Origin: Dimorphilus gyrociliatus
Lineage: Eukaryota; Animalia; Annelida
Direction: 5' to 3'
Length of the DNA: 64,000 nucleotides
Assembly (NCBI GenBank): GCA_904063045.1
Contig: CAJFCJ010000008.1
Coordinates: 868,001 to 932,000, forward strand
Below are positions 47,808 to 61,916 of this stretch, piece after piece. Each line of letters begins with the position of its first letter. Position 1 is the first letter of the stretch. Position numbers and translations under genes: made by a program. The notes below the pieces were generated by a model. It was not told the origin of the DNA. It ran no database searches and worked only from the letters and a program-made list of their open reading frames with translations.

Positions 47808-50800
47808 TTAAACATCCGATGTTCCTTTTTCTGACCGACTCGACGAAGTTATAGATGATTGTTTATTTCTGCTATAGAGTTCTTGCCATTTTATTATTCG
47901 TAATCTTTTATCATGCCTTCGCTCTTTCATTTCTTGTTGAATTTGATCATTTCGAATATCAGTTATTGCTTTAATTACATTATCAAGTTTGGATTCTTTA
48001 CTATCTTCATCTAAATTTGCTAGGCAAAGAGCTCTATCTGTTGGGAAAAATTCCAGATTTTCCGATTCCAACTGCAAAAAAATTATTTATGCCGTAAAAT
48101 GACGAAATAACTTTTGTGCATATTTTAATATTAACCATTCTAACAACGTATAAATCAATTGCCGAGTAATCATTTTCCGCAGTTTCATCAAGATATATAA
48201 AGTAGTTAACGTAGGACCACATGTTGTGCTCAAAATGAACATGATGGTAAAAACCCTGTACCAATTTAATTTACATAACAGTATATTCTATTATTTAATA
48301 AACAAAGTAATTTTGTTCAAACCGTTTTAGTATGTTCAAAATCATAGCTTGGCCTACTGCAAATAAAACAGTTACTTTTCATATCTTTTTCGGCCGTCCA
48401 CTGTTCAATAGAAAATGAAATGAAAATGTATCAGTTAAAAATATTAACGTATCGATTACCTTTAGATCTCTCAATTCTGAGAATGTATCTACTATGATAC
48501 CAAAGATAACGTTTAGGAAGATTGTTGTTATCAGAATGAACAGCACTGCTTGTAGGATTGTTATGTATAAGAAATTTGAAAATGTCTTATGACTGTCTTT
48601 TGGGGCGAATTTCTAGATGAAGAAGATGATGAAGAAGAATACAAAAAGTTAGATATTATATTATAGATGATTATTTTTAATTTAATATTTAACCTCGTCG
48701 TAATTACCAATAAGACCATATCTTAATACAGTGTAAGAACATTTGGCTAATGTATCGCAATAGACCTCTTCTTCTATGTCAAAAGCCTCTCGGAAGAAGG
48801 CAAATACGGCGAGAGCGAATAAATACATGGTCACCAAACCTAGAATTGCAACCCACACGAGTGATTTTCCATTCATTGTTACTGCTCTTATAATTCCCAA
48901 AAGAAGTTGATTTCCTTGAACAATCAATAGAAGATGGACAGCAAAAAAGTAACCATAATAATAAGTCCCCAGAGCTGAACAAGCTGCAAATATTATATAT
49001 AAAAGAGTCTGACCGCTTATCATCTTAACAATTATTCTTGATCCTTTTGACGTATCTTCCTTCTTTTGATTCTCGTTTTCGCTAAAATAATTTATTAAAT
49101 ACATTAATTTGCATGAATTTGCCCTTTTTCCTTATCAAAACTAAACATACCTATACTTAACGGAGAGAAATGAAATTTTTGGCCAAGACGGATGTTTAAG
49201 GATAAAATAGGTCAAAAACCAACACAACGTAAGGAAATTATGCATAATTGCCAATGTATAGAAGATAATGTCGTACATATTCTTATCGATAATCTTTATT
49301 CTCGGTTTTGGACTTGAAAACATAAGTAATACAAAGAAGGAAATAGTTAAACATTATAAAAATGAGAAATTATGACATACTCACTTTGCAAAGGTATAAG
49401 TAATTGGTGGAGTAGCATTTGTTGCAGTTGTATACGATTCCGTGGTGAAATAGTCAATAGTTGAAGAAAATGTACCGTTAGAGTTGTTGAAAATATTATT
49501 AACCTCCTTTGCTATTAGAATATCTTCGGTTGTTGGGATAGTGGTTCCGCCTCTTGTTGTTATTACCGGATTGGTATTCGTTGAGACGCTATACGAAACC
49601 GAACTTTGAAATTCGGTTGTTGGTATTGTTGTTAGGTTTGGAACAACAGGTATTGATTCTGTACTCCGTTCTGGAGCTTCCCATGATATTAACATTATAA
49701 TATTCAATGTTAAACTAACAAGTATGATCAAATATTGCCAAAAGGGTCTATTAAAAGATTATCAATTAGGATAGAAAAGAAAGGACCTAATAATTAAGAT
49801 TATATAGGAAATACATACGATATTTTGGCAACAAATTTCAGGAATTTATTATTCAGTAGTTTCTTTTGATAAGAAATATCAGCTAAGATATCCTTTGTCC
49901 AAGAGATTAAATCTCTTAATTTGCCGCTTGGACTTGATCTATCAATATTCCATTTAATATCTTCTTTCAAATCTTCTCTAAGTAGACCCATGTTTTTTAC
50001 TCTAAAATGTACTTTTTGTATATGATCGTCTTTAATAATTTCAACACTTTGACAACTTCCTTTATACACTTCGAGAATGGCTTTCTCCTGTTCATCAATG
50101 TTTAATCGACTTTCGGATGATGTATCGATATCAAAAAATCTCGCTAATACTAAAGTGAATAAGAATGAACATTCCTTTAAACTGTCATCTATTTCAGGAT
50201 CTCTCTTTAGATTCTTTACGGGTGTAATATTATCACCAACAAGTTCAAGGTAATTGGGTTTCTCTTGGACCCTAAGCATATGACTTTGACAGATTACCCT
50301 TTTGATAGCATGGAGATCTATTCTATCAGAGATATCCTAAAAAGATGGAATAAAATGGGATTACTTTAACAAAAGAATCCTAAAAAATATTTACCATTGA
50401 TAAAACGAACGCCTCTGGTGAACTTTCTTCAGTTAATGCTGTAATTAAACTCGCTATTTCCTGTCTTAGTCGTATAACATCCAATGGATTGCAATTTTTA
50501 AATACAGACATTCTTAATATATAATTGGTAAAGTCTATAACTTTGTTATTTAGAATAACGGCTCTGTTTGGCTGATATCCTTGGCACATTTCCCTTAAAC
50601 AGGTTATTAATTGAGTTACCAATTTTATTGTTTGATCGTTAATTCGACTATAAACAATTCCAAGGAATTGGGCTACTTCGGCTACAATATTAATCGAAGT
50701 TATATTGTCTGGTTGTTCGCATAAGTATGACTAAAATTGAATGATAATGGAATTATTCAATCTCTAAGATAAAAGAAAATTTAAAGTGTCTCTTTACTTG

Positions 50801-53438
50801 TAAAGGTATATACTGTCCATCACACATTCCAGCTAGAACTCTTAGGACTAATGCAATCGTGCCATCTTCTTTAAATTTGCTTAAATTATTAGGAGTTTGA
50901 TTTAGGCTTGCAGCAGGTACATAAAATCCGCCTTCTTCAGTATCGATCTAAGGTTATTGAGATGGAGGAATGAACGGTAGAACTAAATAAAGAAAGATTA
51001 TTTACCTCCTTTATCTCTTTTTTGTAGCCTTTTAGAACATGATCAGCTAGTACTGATCTTGTAAAGCTAATTAAAGGCAGAGAATTTTTACGAAGAGCCA
51101 TTTTAACAAGATGCTTCTCAATTGTTTTTCTTTCTTCCTATTTATTCACAATTTGTCTCTAATAATATATTTTAAATCTCATTTAAAGAAATTATTTTAC
51201 CATTTCTTCTTCCTTTGTTAAAACTTTCTTCCTTTCAACAGTTTTCAATTTCTTTTCCCTTTCGGCAAGTTGCTTTTCCATTGCTCGTCTAAAATTGGTT
51301 TAAATGAGGACAATTCTAGAATACGTAGATGATATTTAATAATTTTTTTACCTTTCCTTAATAACTGTACTTCCAAATGATAGATAATTCCTTAGAACAA
51401 AGAAAATTGGTTCTTCCTTTGTGCTCTCAAAATACTTTAATATTTCGTCCTATGAAAAAATATAATTGAGAAAATTTTATCTCTATCTCTAAAGATAAAA
51501 GAGAACAGGATTACTTGAACTTCTTTCGGTGCATTAAAAAGAAGGACATCTATCAAAGCTAAAACTTCTTTACGAATTTGATCACTTTGTCTGCTAAGTA
51601 GACAAATTAGGCAGGGAACAATTCCAAATTGGCAAAAAACCAATTGAATACTGCGAATCTTATCTAAATTTCTTAAAATAGTAACGAATATATAAATAAG
51701 TAAATTTATAGATGATTAGAAATTTTAATAGTTTTTTTTACTCTCTAAACTCTTCTTTTCTTTCTCCCCAATTTCCTGTCAATAAAAGTATTTCATTATA
51801 AACTATTGCCCTCAGAATTTGAAGGCATCTTTTATCTAAAACTTCTATTTCTTTTGGAGCGATAGTAATGTATTTCTTTCCAGTAATTCTAATGGTAATT
51901 TTAAGGTAAACTTGAAAGAAATTAACTTAATAAACAATCATCTAACTTTAGATATTCTATTAATTTCTGAGCTTGAGCATATTGGACAAATGCTCCTTTT
52001 TTCGAGCCATGTTTTCGAAATAGCATAACATGTTCTTGAAATTCCGAGCCTAACGGTAAATACATTACCAAATCGGGATGATTGTAAGCTAAAAGAATAA
52101 TAATTATTACTTTATAACGAATAAGATTAATGTTAACCTTCCACTCTATTTAATCCCAATTGATCTTGTACAGTATTCCTTCCCTCTTAATATTTTCAAT
52201 GAATAAAAAAACATAACAATCAATTAAGAACAATCGAAAAAAAAACTATAAATCAATGCTTTTCTTACCAACGAAAACCATTAAATTATTAGTAAACTTT
52301 AATAGCATCTCATTAAATTTCTCTTCGTCAGAATTACAATTAGAAAGAACCTTTTAAAAGTAGAAGTATAAATAACACCAATTAAACATTTGTTTTTTTG
52401 TATATCTTACGTAATTTTTAGCTTGGTATTGAAGAAATTTCATTTTCAAGATAAAATCTTCTCTTTTAAAAAACTTTTCACCATACTTTAGTTAAAAATA
52501 AATGTAGATATTTACAGTATGTAATTAAATTGATAATCTATAAGAGTTTTACCGTTGGATCATGCCCAGTTTTAACTAGAAGGATTTGTAAGAATGTACA
52601 ATAATCCAACAGATGGGATACTTTCTTTGCTTCGTTCATAATAACACCATATAGAGTTTGAAAACTTTCTGTCAGTTTTCTTATTACTCTTTGTTCAATT
52701 GGTAATGCTGTCTTTGCTTTATAAAATTTGGATATAAAGGATTGTAACAGTTCAAAGCCACCATTAAATAAATAGTTAAAAACATCGCTAGGGCCTTGTT
52801 CTGAATTATATATCTCACTGACGGCTTCTGAATTTGGAGGCGATAAATGTCTTTTAATAGGAGTTGAACTATACAATTATAAGGATATAAATGATTAATA
52901 AATATGATATTTCTTAATAATTAAAACACAGTTACCTAGAAAACTCTGATTCTGTAAAAATAGATAGGTCTAAATTATCAATTAACCTATTGATAATAGT
53001 TAAAATAGCCATAATATGCTTCCAAAACTTTTCATTATGCGTCAATTCGTCAGCTCCACTTTCGACGGCAGAACTAAATATTACATACATATTCCGTTAT
53101 AGTTTATATTAAAAAGAAAGCTAATTTCATTACCGTGCCGTTTTAATATAGGTATATGTTAAATATCTAGCAAATGGTCCTTTTTTGCAGAGGTGAATAT
53201 ATCGATGATTTAAGATGTCTATAAGTTCTGATAGAGGTAAAAGTGTCTGGCAAAGCGATTCAATATATCGGTTCTCGCCCTTTTGAATAGATTAATGAAG
53301 GCAAAAAGATCGTATTAACAAATTAATATATATATAATCATATACCTCAGCACACTCGGAAAGTAATTGAATCAAATTGAGAAAGTAAACTTGATGATCG
53401 TTGTAATTCTTATCAAGTAGACATTGTAATCTATTATA

Positions 53439-53475
<37 letters not shown>

Positions 53476-56400
53476 CATAAATTATTCTAATAGGAGAAAT
53501 AATGTAATAGATATTAAATATTTACCTCTTCTTTGCTTTCCATTCCATTGTATAAGCGACTTTTTGGTAATTCTCCATTAAAACTTGCGCTACAATTAAT
53601 TTATTTCTCGATACAACTATTCCACTCATCTCATCTTTCACTAGATTAGATAATAATAAGAGAAATTCTGGTGCCCTTTCTTGATTATTGGCAGTCATCT
53701 TTATAATCTTTGAAATTTGATTTGGAGTTATTCTTAAACAGTGGAGCAAATTGTTCTTAAAAACTTCGCTTATCAATAGAGCAAGTTCGGAACCGTTGTA
53801 TGAACACTTTAGAATATCTTCTAACTTAGCAAATACATAACTCTGAACGTATTCATTACGATTCGTCATATATCTTAAACATGTCAATGCAGCTCGAATA
53901 GTCATAGTAGCAAGATTATGTTGAATCTAAATTAAAAAGTGTTCAAAACTTTATATCTTATAATCAAAACTTTTCTAATTACTTCAAAGCTTTTGTCAAC
54001 TTCTTGAGTAATGATATTCTTAACATCAGTTAGAACTCCGTTATTTACAAGAATATTTTGTCCAATTTTAAAAGGTACGTGTTCGTTATCAACTTCATGG
54101 CATATTCTTTGTAAAGAAAATAGAAATGAAAAAGCAGAGGAGAAGTTTAGATATCATTGCTTACTCTTTGTATCTAAGTAATATTTTAACTATTTCTTTG
54201 GAATTTTCTTCATTCAATTGAGATTGGAAGAGATGCTTAAGCCTTAGAACGCTTACTAAAACTTCTCTATGAAGAGTAGTAGAATGTACTGAACAGAGAA
54301 CAAGTGACCTTGATGTTGTATCGAATAGATTAAATTTGGATGAATAAAATCTATTCAATACTGAAAGTGATTTAATTAAAAGATCGTCTGCTTCGTATTT
54401 TGTTAAATCCTGTTTATAATTAAACAATGAATCAATTATCAATTCACTTTTTTAAGTTCTTACTAAAAGAATTTTTGGTAATTTTGACTCTAAGAAGTTA
54501 TTTTGTTTGTCAATTTTACGTATTACATCAGAAGCTGCTTTTCTCAAATAAGATTTCTCCCTGTTTTTAAATAATAAAAGTTATCTTTCTAAAATAGAAA
54601 GTTTCCCTGTCTTTTTTAAATACCAAAATTGATTAGCATCAAAACTATTTTCCAATAAAGGTTTTAGTTTGTGCCGATGAGCTCCATTTTTTATTTTATT
54701 CTCAGTATCTTTGAATAAAGCGATTAGGAACTGAAAAATGAATTGCTCGATAGTAATGTACAAAAAAGAAGAGGATTCTTTTCTATTTTTACCTTGACCT
54801 TTCCATTAAATTGGCTAGTTAGTAAAAGTTCCAATAATTCGAGGCCTCTATATGAAAGAAATTGTGATTGGAACTACTTTAAAGTTATATTAATCAACTT
54901 ACTGTATTTTTGCAGAAACAATAGCGTCAGTCTCTTTACATTTTTCATATCTCTTGTATAATTGATATTCGTATACCACACCTCTTGTATATCTACTGTA
55001 ATCTGGAATTAAGGACATAAAAGTGATGTTATCTCTTTCAAAAATAAGTGTAAAGTTTATATTTACAATTTCTATTATCCGGCGCAAAAGGTTTGTCACA
55101 GAAGCCTGAGACAATACTTAAAACTGGTTCCATAAGCTCATTAATATCTTCATTCGAACCCATAAAACCGTACATTATTAGGTAAGTTACCAGCCTTAAA
55201 ACTTTTTCTATAAGTAGACTTCGTCCACATTGATTTGCAGTGAGATAATAATAATGCTTAAAAAATTGTCTTATCCAAACATGTAATGAGGGAAAATCAC
55301 TATCCATATCTTTTGCTACCTTCGATGAATCGATATAAGCGGAATCCATATGAACTTCATCATACACAAAATTATTCGATTCTAAAAGAATCATATTATC
55401 ATTCCCTCCTAAATCCACAAATAGATCTGTAAGTGATTTTCTTGTATAAAATCATTAAATTACGTTAAAATTTTAATTATGATAACCTATTAATAAATCG
55501 CAAATAATTGCCCTTAGTGCATCCGGTATTATCTCTGATTTTAAACCAACAAATGCAGTTTCCCACGTAAACAGCCCTTTAGTCTTTGTAACTATATTTA
55601 TAGTATAGGAATTTATTCCCTGAAAGTAAAGTAATTAGAGATTTTCTGATAAGAAATAAGAAGGGCATATTACGTAGCAAAGCTCTTTGTAAAGCTTTAA
55701 TTGCTGTTGTAGAAACGAGTACTTTCTTTCGTCGTATTCATTGCTGCTCTTCTGTAATTTGGAGGAAAAATTACGCATTAAGAGCTATTACAGCGTTAGT
55801 TATATAATTACAAAAAGAAATTTGTGAAGAGCTATCCAAGTTTTACTATCATCAACAGAAACGTATAAGAAATCTGTATATGGTTCATTAATATCTTGGG
55901 ATGTGGATAGGTGGAACATAGATGATTTATGAACAACAAACAATTGCTCAGCAATTAAATTTTGATTTTTTGTCATAGCAATTTCATTACAAACAGATAA
56001 AGTTCCTAATAACTCCAACATTCGATGATTCTGCAACAACATAAAAACAAGAGAATAAGCTTCCTATAATATATTTATCTTTGTACTCTATTTTATACCT
56101 TGTCTTTATGCAATAGGGCTATAAAATGGATTATTCTTTCTTTATCAATTCTATCAATGATTTTCCTATTGTCCCGAAACAAATTGATCAAAACAAGACA
56201 AGCCGTTTCACTTATTTCACCCTTTGTTTATAAAAGTTGAATAAACTCAAAAGTTAATAATATAACTATTAAATATATATAGTAGTATACCTCAAGTGAT
56301 AAATGTTCAGTGAAAATATCAATATATCTTGCGCAATATATTGAATTTTTCTTGCTTTTACCTTCCGTATAGACTCGAAGAACATTATAGATTTGAACAA

Positions 56401-58800
56401 AAATGGCCAAAAGGTGTTTAGCATCTTTCATACCCTCGTATGGAAATTTTAAAATCTTTACAAGTAAATCGAGCAATTTGGTGTTACGCAATAATTTTTG
56501 TCGATTTTTTGATGGTTGTCCATCAACGATTAAAAAATTTTCAAGTTCCGTTAAAGCTTCACATAAAAATTTTTGATCTTTCATTTTCCATACCGCATGT
56601 TTTCTTCTCTGTTCAGCAATATCTCGAAAGAAAGGTATTAAACCAGCCACGTAATTGAAATTTTGAATATCTTTATCCTGTATATCTTGAATAACAAAGG
56701 CATCTGGATATAAGGCTAAATCCGTTGCTGTTGCCTATATCATATAAATTTTAAGCATTTAAATTTGATGTGGAAAAGAAGATTAGAAATTAAGGATATA
56801 ATCACCCGAATTAAATCAGCATTATCCCAACTTAAAGATGCTAGACTAACGCCTTCAGTTTTAATTGTTTGCCTTTCATAAAAGTCACCTTAAAAAAAGT
56901 TTCGTTTGCCTTTAAAAAAACAACTTCAAAAAGAATAGAATTGCTTAACGACACCTGTTTGTCCGTGCAACCAAAAACCAGTAACAACATGCTCTATTCG
57001 TATAGTATCAGTTTTTTCAATCTCTTCAGTATAGCAAGTCTACTTTGACAAAGGAAAAATTGTACGATTTACATATTGACGATTACAATCTAGAATATAC
57101 CTCTCCTAAATTATGAAAGACAAAAATTGTACGCGAATCATTCGAGTTATCCGTCAACGATGCTTTTTTTTCTTCCGAAACCATCAGATATTTACGAGTA
57201 CTTGAATGTCTTAATCGAATTTGTTCTTCCCATTTAAGTCCTTCACCGCTTACTGTACAATTAACATTTTCAATTTGCCAATAAACTATTCCAGATATCG
57301 GTGGATAAAGTGTTCTATAATCCAATTGATCCATTGAACGAACTCTAAAATGAACTATCAAAAATAGCAATTAGCATTATTACAGCAATTTCTTAGACTA
57401 TATATTACCATCCTCCCCTTCAGATTCACCAAAGACTCCTTCAGCGCATAGATAAGCTTCCAAATCTTTATGATAGAATCTTACAATATCCCCACCCTTT
57501 ACAATAGCAAATAGTTATGAAAAATGTTAAATAAATGTAACTTTATTTTTTTACATACTCGAAGATATTTTTCATTTTTTTCGCTAGGCCTAAAATGAAG
57601 CTTTATGCTAAAATAAGTATAATCTACTCCCAAGTTTACTTCAGACCTATAAAAACGACGTAAATAGATAATATAAATTAATGATATAATAATGAAATAA
57701 GTACCCTCTTGTAAAATTATCGATGTTATGTAAATAGCTAACGTGTAAATAGGAACCATACATCTTAACACTTTCAAATAGTATTTCATCCTTAAATTCA
57801 ACCTTTTAATTAAAAGAAGAAATTAGATAGAAAAGCTAGAGTTAATTCTGTAGTATATTTCAACAATTCTTTTATTACTTTATCTCCTTCAGTCTTTACT
57901 TTACATCTAGGTAATATACGAAATTGAGCAGTTTTAGCATTATAATCTTCCAATGTGACAAGCATTCTATTCTTTTCAATAGTACTATTATCCGTTTTAC
58001 TAACATGAATAAATTTCGACGAGAAAGCATGGCGAAGCTATAAAAGAATATAATTATTAATTATTCTATCTAATAATCTTATTAAAAAACTTAATAAACC
58101 TGAACAATTTCACCATATTTAATCAATTTTCCTTTAACTCTTTGTTGATCAAGTAAATTATCTTTAGTTTCCGCATTTGCTCCGATCTGTTTATTTTTTA
58201 TTGTTTAAGAAAAAAACAATGTAAATGCATGTACAGTATATAAAGAAATGAAATAATAAGTACTCTTGCACTTGCCAATACTTTATCTGTCTCTCCTTCC
58301 GCTTTAAGCTTTCGATACTTTTTGTTAAATTTATATCGATTTGGAGTGAATAACTGAAAGGTGATGGCTATTTCGATTTTTGAAAAAAAAAAGATAACTA
58401 TTTGTATAGTGTTATTGTAAAAACAAGTAGGGCAATATAATTCACCTTGAATATTATCAAGTCCTTGAGGGCAATCCTTTTCTTGATTATGATAGGTGAA
58501 TAGGCCACTTCCATTTGTTCTGTAGATAGTTTATTTTCGTAATAGTCTAATTGAGTATTACAACTTAAAAAGCTACCTAGTTCTATCGCTATATACATAT
58601 CCATTTGTTTGGTCACAGTACAGGCATACGTAATCTCCAAAAGCCATGTAAATATCTGAAGATTTTGTCTGAAAATGGTTGTTTTAAATAGCCACAAAAA
58701 CAAACAAACAAACAAACGATTTAATAAATTAGATTATAAGAGTGAAATATTAAGAAACCTCTTCCTCCTCAAATCCATATAAATTAAACACTTCGGTCAT
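47808..58800 (-). CDS. Divergent inositol 1,4,5-trisphosphate receptor / ryanodine receptor superfamily Ca2+ channel, many exons
   Basis: N-terminal suppressor domain (AFGDYVCLY, TPNRYKF, KYGEIVQ), MIR (WEEQIRLRHSSTRKYL), RIH (NRQKLLRN; LLGTLSVCNEIAMTKNQNLI), RIH-associated (LREMCQGYQPNR), channel domain (NVIFGIIVDTFSELRD) and C2H2 finger (CFIC...HVHFEHNMWSY). Start 58800 inferred. Confidence 0.88.
53440..53472. repeat. (TA)n microsatellite in an intron of the ITPR-like gene
   Basis: Directly visible. Confidence 0.9.
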
Positions 58801-59588
58801 GTTGTTTAGCTAAATCAATAAAATTGTTTCTTGATATAAATAAGAAGTCTAGTTTTCTTGAATTTTCTGACTGGATTCAACAAAATTCTTGTCTAAAAAC
58901 TTTCAATAAGGAATATATAGGGGGGAGGGGGGAATGCCTTTAAATTCCAACAATTGTAGAAAGGAGAATGGAATAGTATAAAATTGAAATTGATAGAAAA
59001 AGCCAGCTTTCATAAACAAGTCTGTATATTGTAAAATATTTCTTTCTCCCCACTTCCCTCCCCCTCGTTCCTTTCTTTTACCTCAAAAACAAATTTAGGC
59101 CACCGTTTTTACAAAGATAATAATGTATGTTTTTAACAGATCTATACGTATTACGATAGCTTTACACATATACAATAATATCTTTAACAAAGAGTACAAT
59201 ATTAGTACTATATTGACATATTGCTTACATCCTCCCGTTGCAGAATTAATCAAAAATATTCTTATCAATTTATGCGATTCCAAAAATAAGTAGCTGTAAT
59301 AGGTTTTTAATCATTTTAACTTATGGATATTATTCTAGTGTGACTACATATATCAATTTATCTTTTCTTCTTTTCTGTCTTCTCTTCAATTCAATAAAAT
59401 AAAGAATATTGGATACGTAGATCCTACGCTAAAGTAAAGACATCAACTCTATCTATATATGGAAAAAATGTTTAAATATATGTATTCTATATATAATTTA
59501 TGAAAAAAAAATTGTATATTTTTGTTAAAGATTTTATTAACTAATTATATTTATAGGGGGATATTTTTTTTTTGAAACTATATGTCTG

Positions 59589-61916
59589 TTATTCGGCTGT
59601 CGTTTCTTCTTCTGCTTCTTTTTCTCCCTCTGGTTCGGCCTCTCCTGTAGTAGCCGCTGCTCCAGCTTCTTCTTCGACTTCGGCTGAAGGTTGACCTTCG
59701 CCTTCTGCGGTCGGTTGTTCTCCGTTTTCACCATCAACAGGAGGTGCCGCTGTTTAATATAAAATACAATTAAACTAGAGTAATTTGTTTGAATTATCAG
59801 ATAAAATAATTATTCCATAGCCATTTTAATTATTGAAAGCCTATTGTTCCTAGCTTATTTTACTTTGATAACTTTCCTCTAAACCTCTCTTTTATTATTT
59901 TTATTATTACCAAACTTACATTCAAGTTTCAGAGAAAGAAATCCAGTTGATTGGCTGCGTGTTGCGTGAAAATATGGAATGAAATTGTAATAATGATAAT
60001 AATTCAATCATCTCGTTAGTATCATTTTCTACTGCAAAGCAGCCTTAGCTTTTTTTTCTTTTTTTTTTGCAGTGCATACTATGAAGGATACAGTGACTGA
60101 CTGATAAAATAGTAGCAGACGGGACAATATGGGCATGCTATTACAAAATGGATCATATTTAAATCAGCCATATTATAGGACTATATTGTAACTTTTACCT
60201 AATTTATAACTTAATAAAAAAAACAATTAAGTAAAAGTTAAAATATAAGAAGAATAAATGTAGGTGTAGAAGCAAAAATAGATAGCTTTTTTTTTGTTTT
60301 TTTAAAAAAAAAACTTAATCCCTTAAATTGTTCGCAAAATGAAAAGTCTCAGCAGGAAAACGAATCTTTTTTTTTTTTTTGCTTAAAGCAAACAACAACA
60401 ATATCACTCACCACAATTATAACAGACACATGCTTCACAATTTTATTTTTTACATGTTATCTGTTCAACATCAAATATAATAGTTTTTTAATATATGTAT
60501 ACTGTATATACTTGTATATACATATATAGAATATTCTATAAAGGATGAGGGAGAAGATAGAACATTTTTCTTTTGTTTATTTATATATATATATATACTT
60601 ATATATATATATATATATATAGGTTTAATTAAACTTTTGAACTATACATCAATTACTATTGCAATATTCAACATCTCTTTTGAGAAGTTTTATATAGATT
60701 TGTCTTTTTATATTTTGTCTTAATTAAAAGATATAAAAGATATATAGTCATTAATTGATTGGTCTTTTTTTATATATAGATTAAAATTTTATAATTACTA
60801 ACCTCCCTCCTCTGTTTCTCCTTCGACTGGAGCTTCTGCTAAGGGAGAGCCTGCATCATCTTTCTTTTCTTCCAATTGCTGAATTTCATCTTCTAGATCA
60901 TCGTCATCGGCTGTAAGAACTTGAGTTATACCAACAGCTTTCCATATCGATTTTGTTGCTGCTCCTTCCTCCTCTTCTACTCCTCCTTGTCCTTGTTCTG
61001 GAGCCTATTTTTTTAACATAAACTTTTTAGCATCATTCTAGTAGAACATGAGAACAAAATTACGTTAATTTACCTCTACAACAATGTATTCACCGTGCTG
61101 TTGGCAACCTAAATCAAAGACATATTTTCCTTTTCCTTTGGGCTTTTGAGATGCAAAGAAATGATACTTAGACAGAGCGAAAACAATCATTTGCTCTCTT
61201 ACCTTATCTTCGACGTATGGTCCAACGTATTTATGATTTAAGTGAATAAGTTCACCTTGGCCTTCGCGTTTTCCCTCTTTCCAGGTACCGACATATTTGG
61301 AACCGGTTTTTGCGAAAACATAACAACCTTGACCATGTCTAAGATGATTTTGCCATTCTCCGTCAAAGGTGTCCCCATTAACATAAAAATATTTTCCGAA
61401 ACCGCATCTTTGATCATCTGCCCAGCTACCTTCATACTTAGAACCATCCGGATAAATGAACATTCCTTGACCATGTTTCTTCCCCTTATTCCATTCTCCT
61501 ATATATCGTGCTCCATTTTTGAATCTAAAAGAATGATAATTTTATTAACTGTACTGTTAAATTTCTGTTATCACTTTAAATCTCTAAAGATTCACATGGT
61601 AACTAAAGACTCTCGAGGTTAAAATGTTTAGTTTTTTCAGCCTACAAACAAAAATGATATTTGATTCAAAAGATTAACCTGTATGTTCCTTGACCATGCC
61701 TTTTATTATTTTCATACATTCCCTCGTATGTATCACCATTCGAGAGGGTTGCTTTACCTCGGCCGTGCCTCTCTTCTTTATCATTTCTCTCGCCCTCGTA
61801 TGTCTAAATTTCGAATTTTACCTCTTTAGAAAAATATTTACAATGGTTTATTTGCGAAAATTTACCCCCAAGTTAGCTCCTTGTTCATCTTCATATTCTG
61901 ATCCGTCTTCAGACAT
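59589..61916 (-). CDS. RSPH1: Radial spoke head 1 homolog (MORN repeats, acidic C-terminal tail)
   Basis: [17 protein letters not shown] start; MORN repeats [13 protein letters not shown]...TGSKYVGTW...[10 protein letters not shown]...[15 protein letters not shown] match RSPH1; last exon (59751-59589) encodes a Glu/Ala-rich tail after a 1-kb intron. Confidence 0.92.
60582..60621. repeat. (TA)n microsatellite in RSPH1 last intron
   Basis: Directly visible. Confidence 0.85.
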
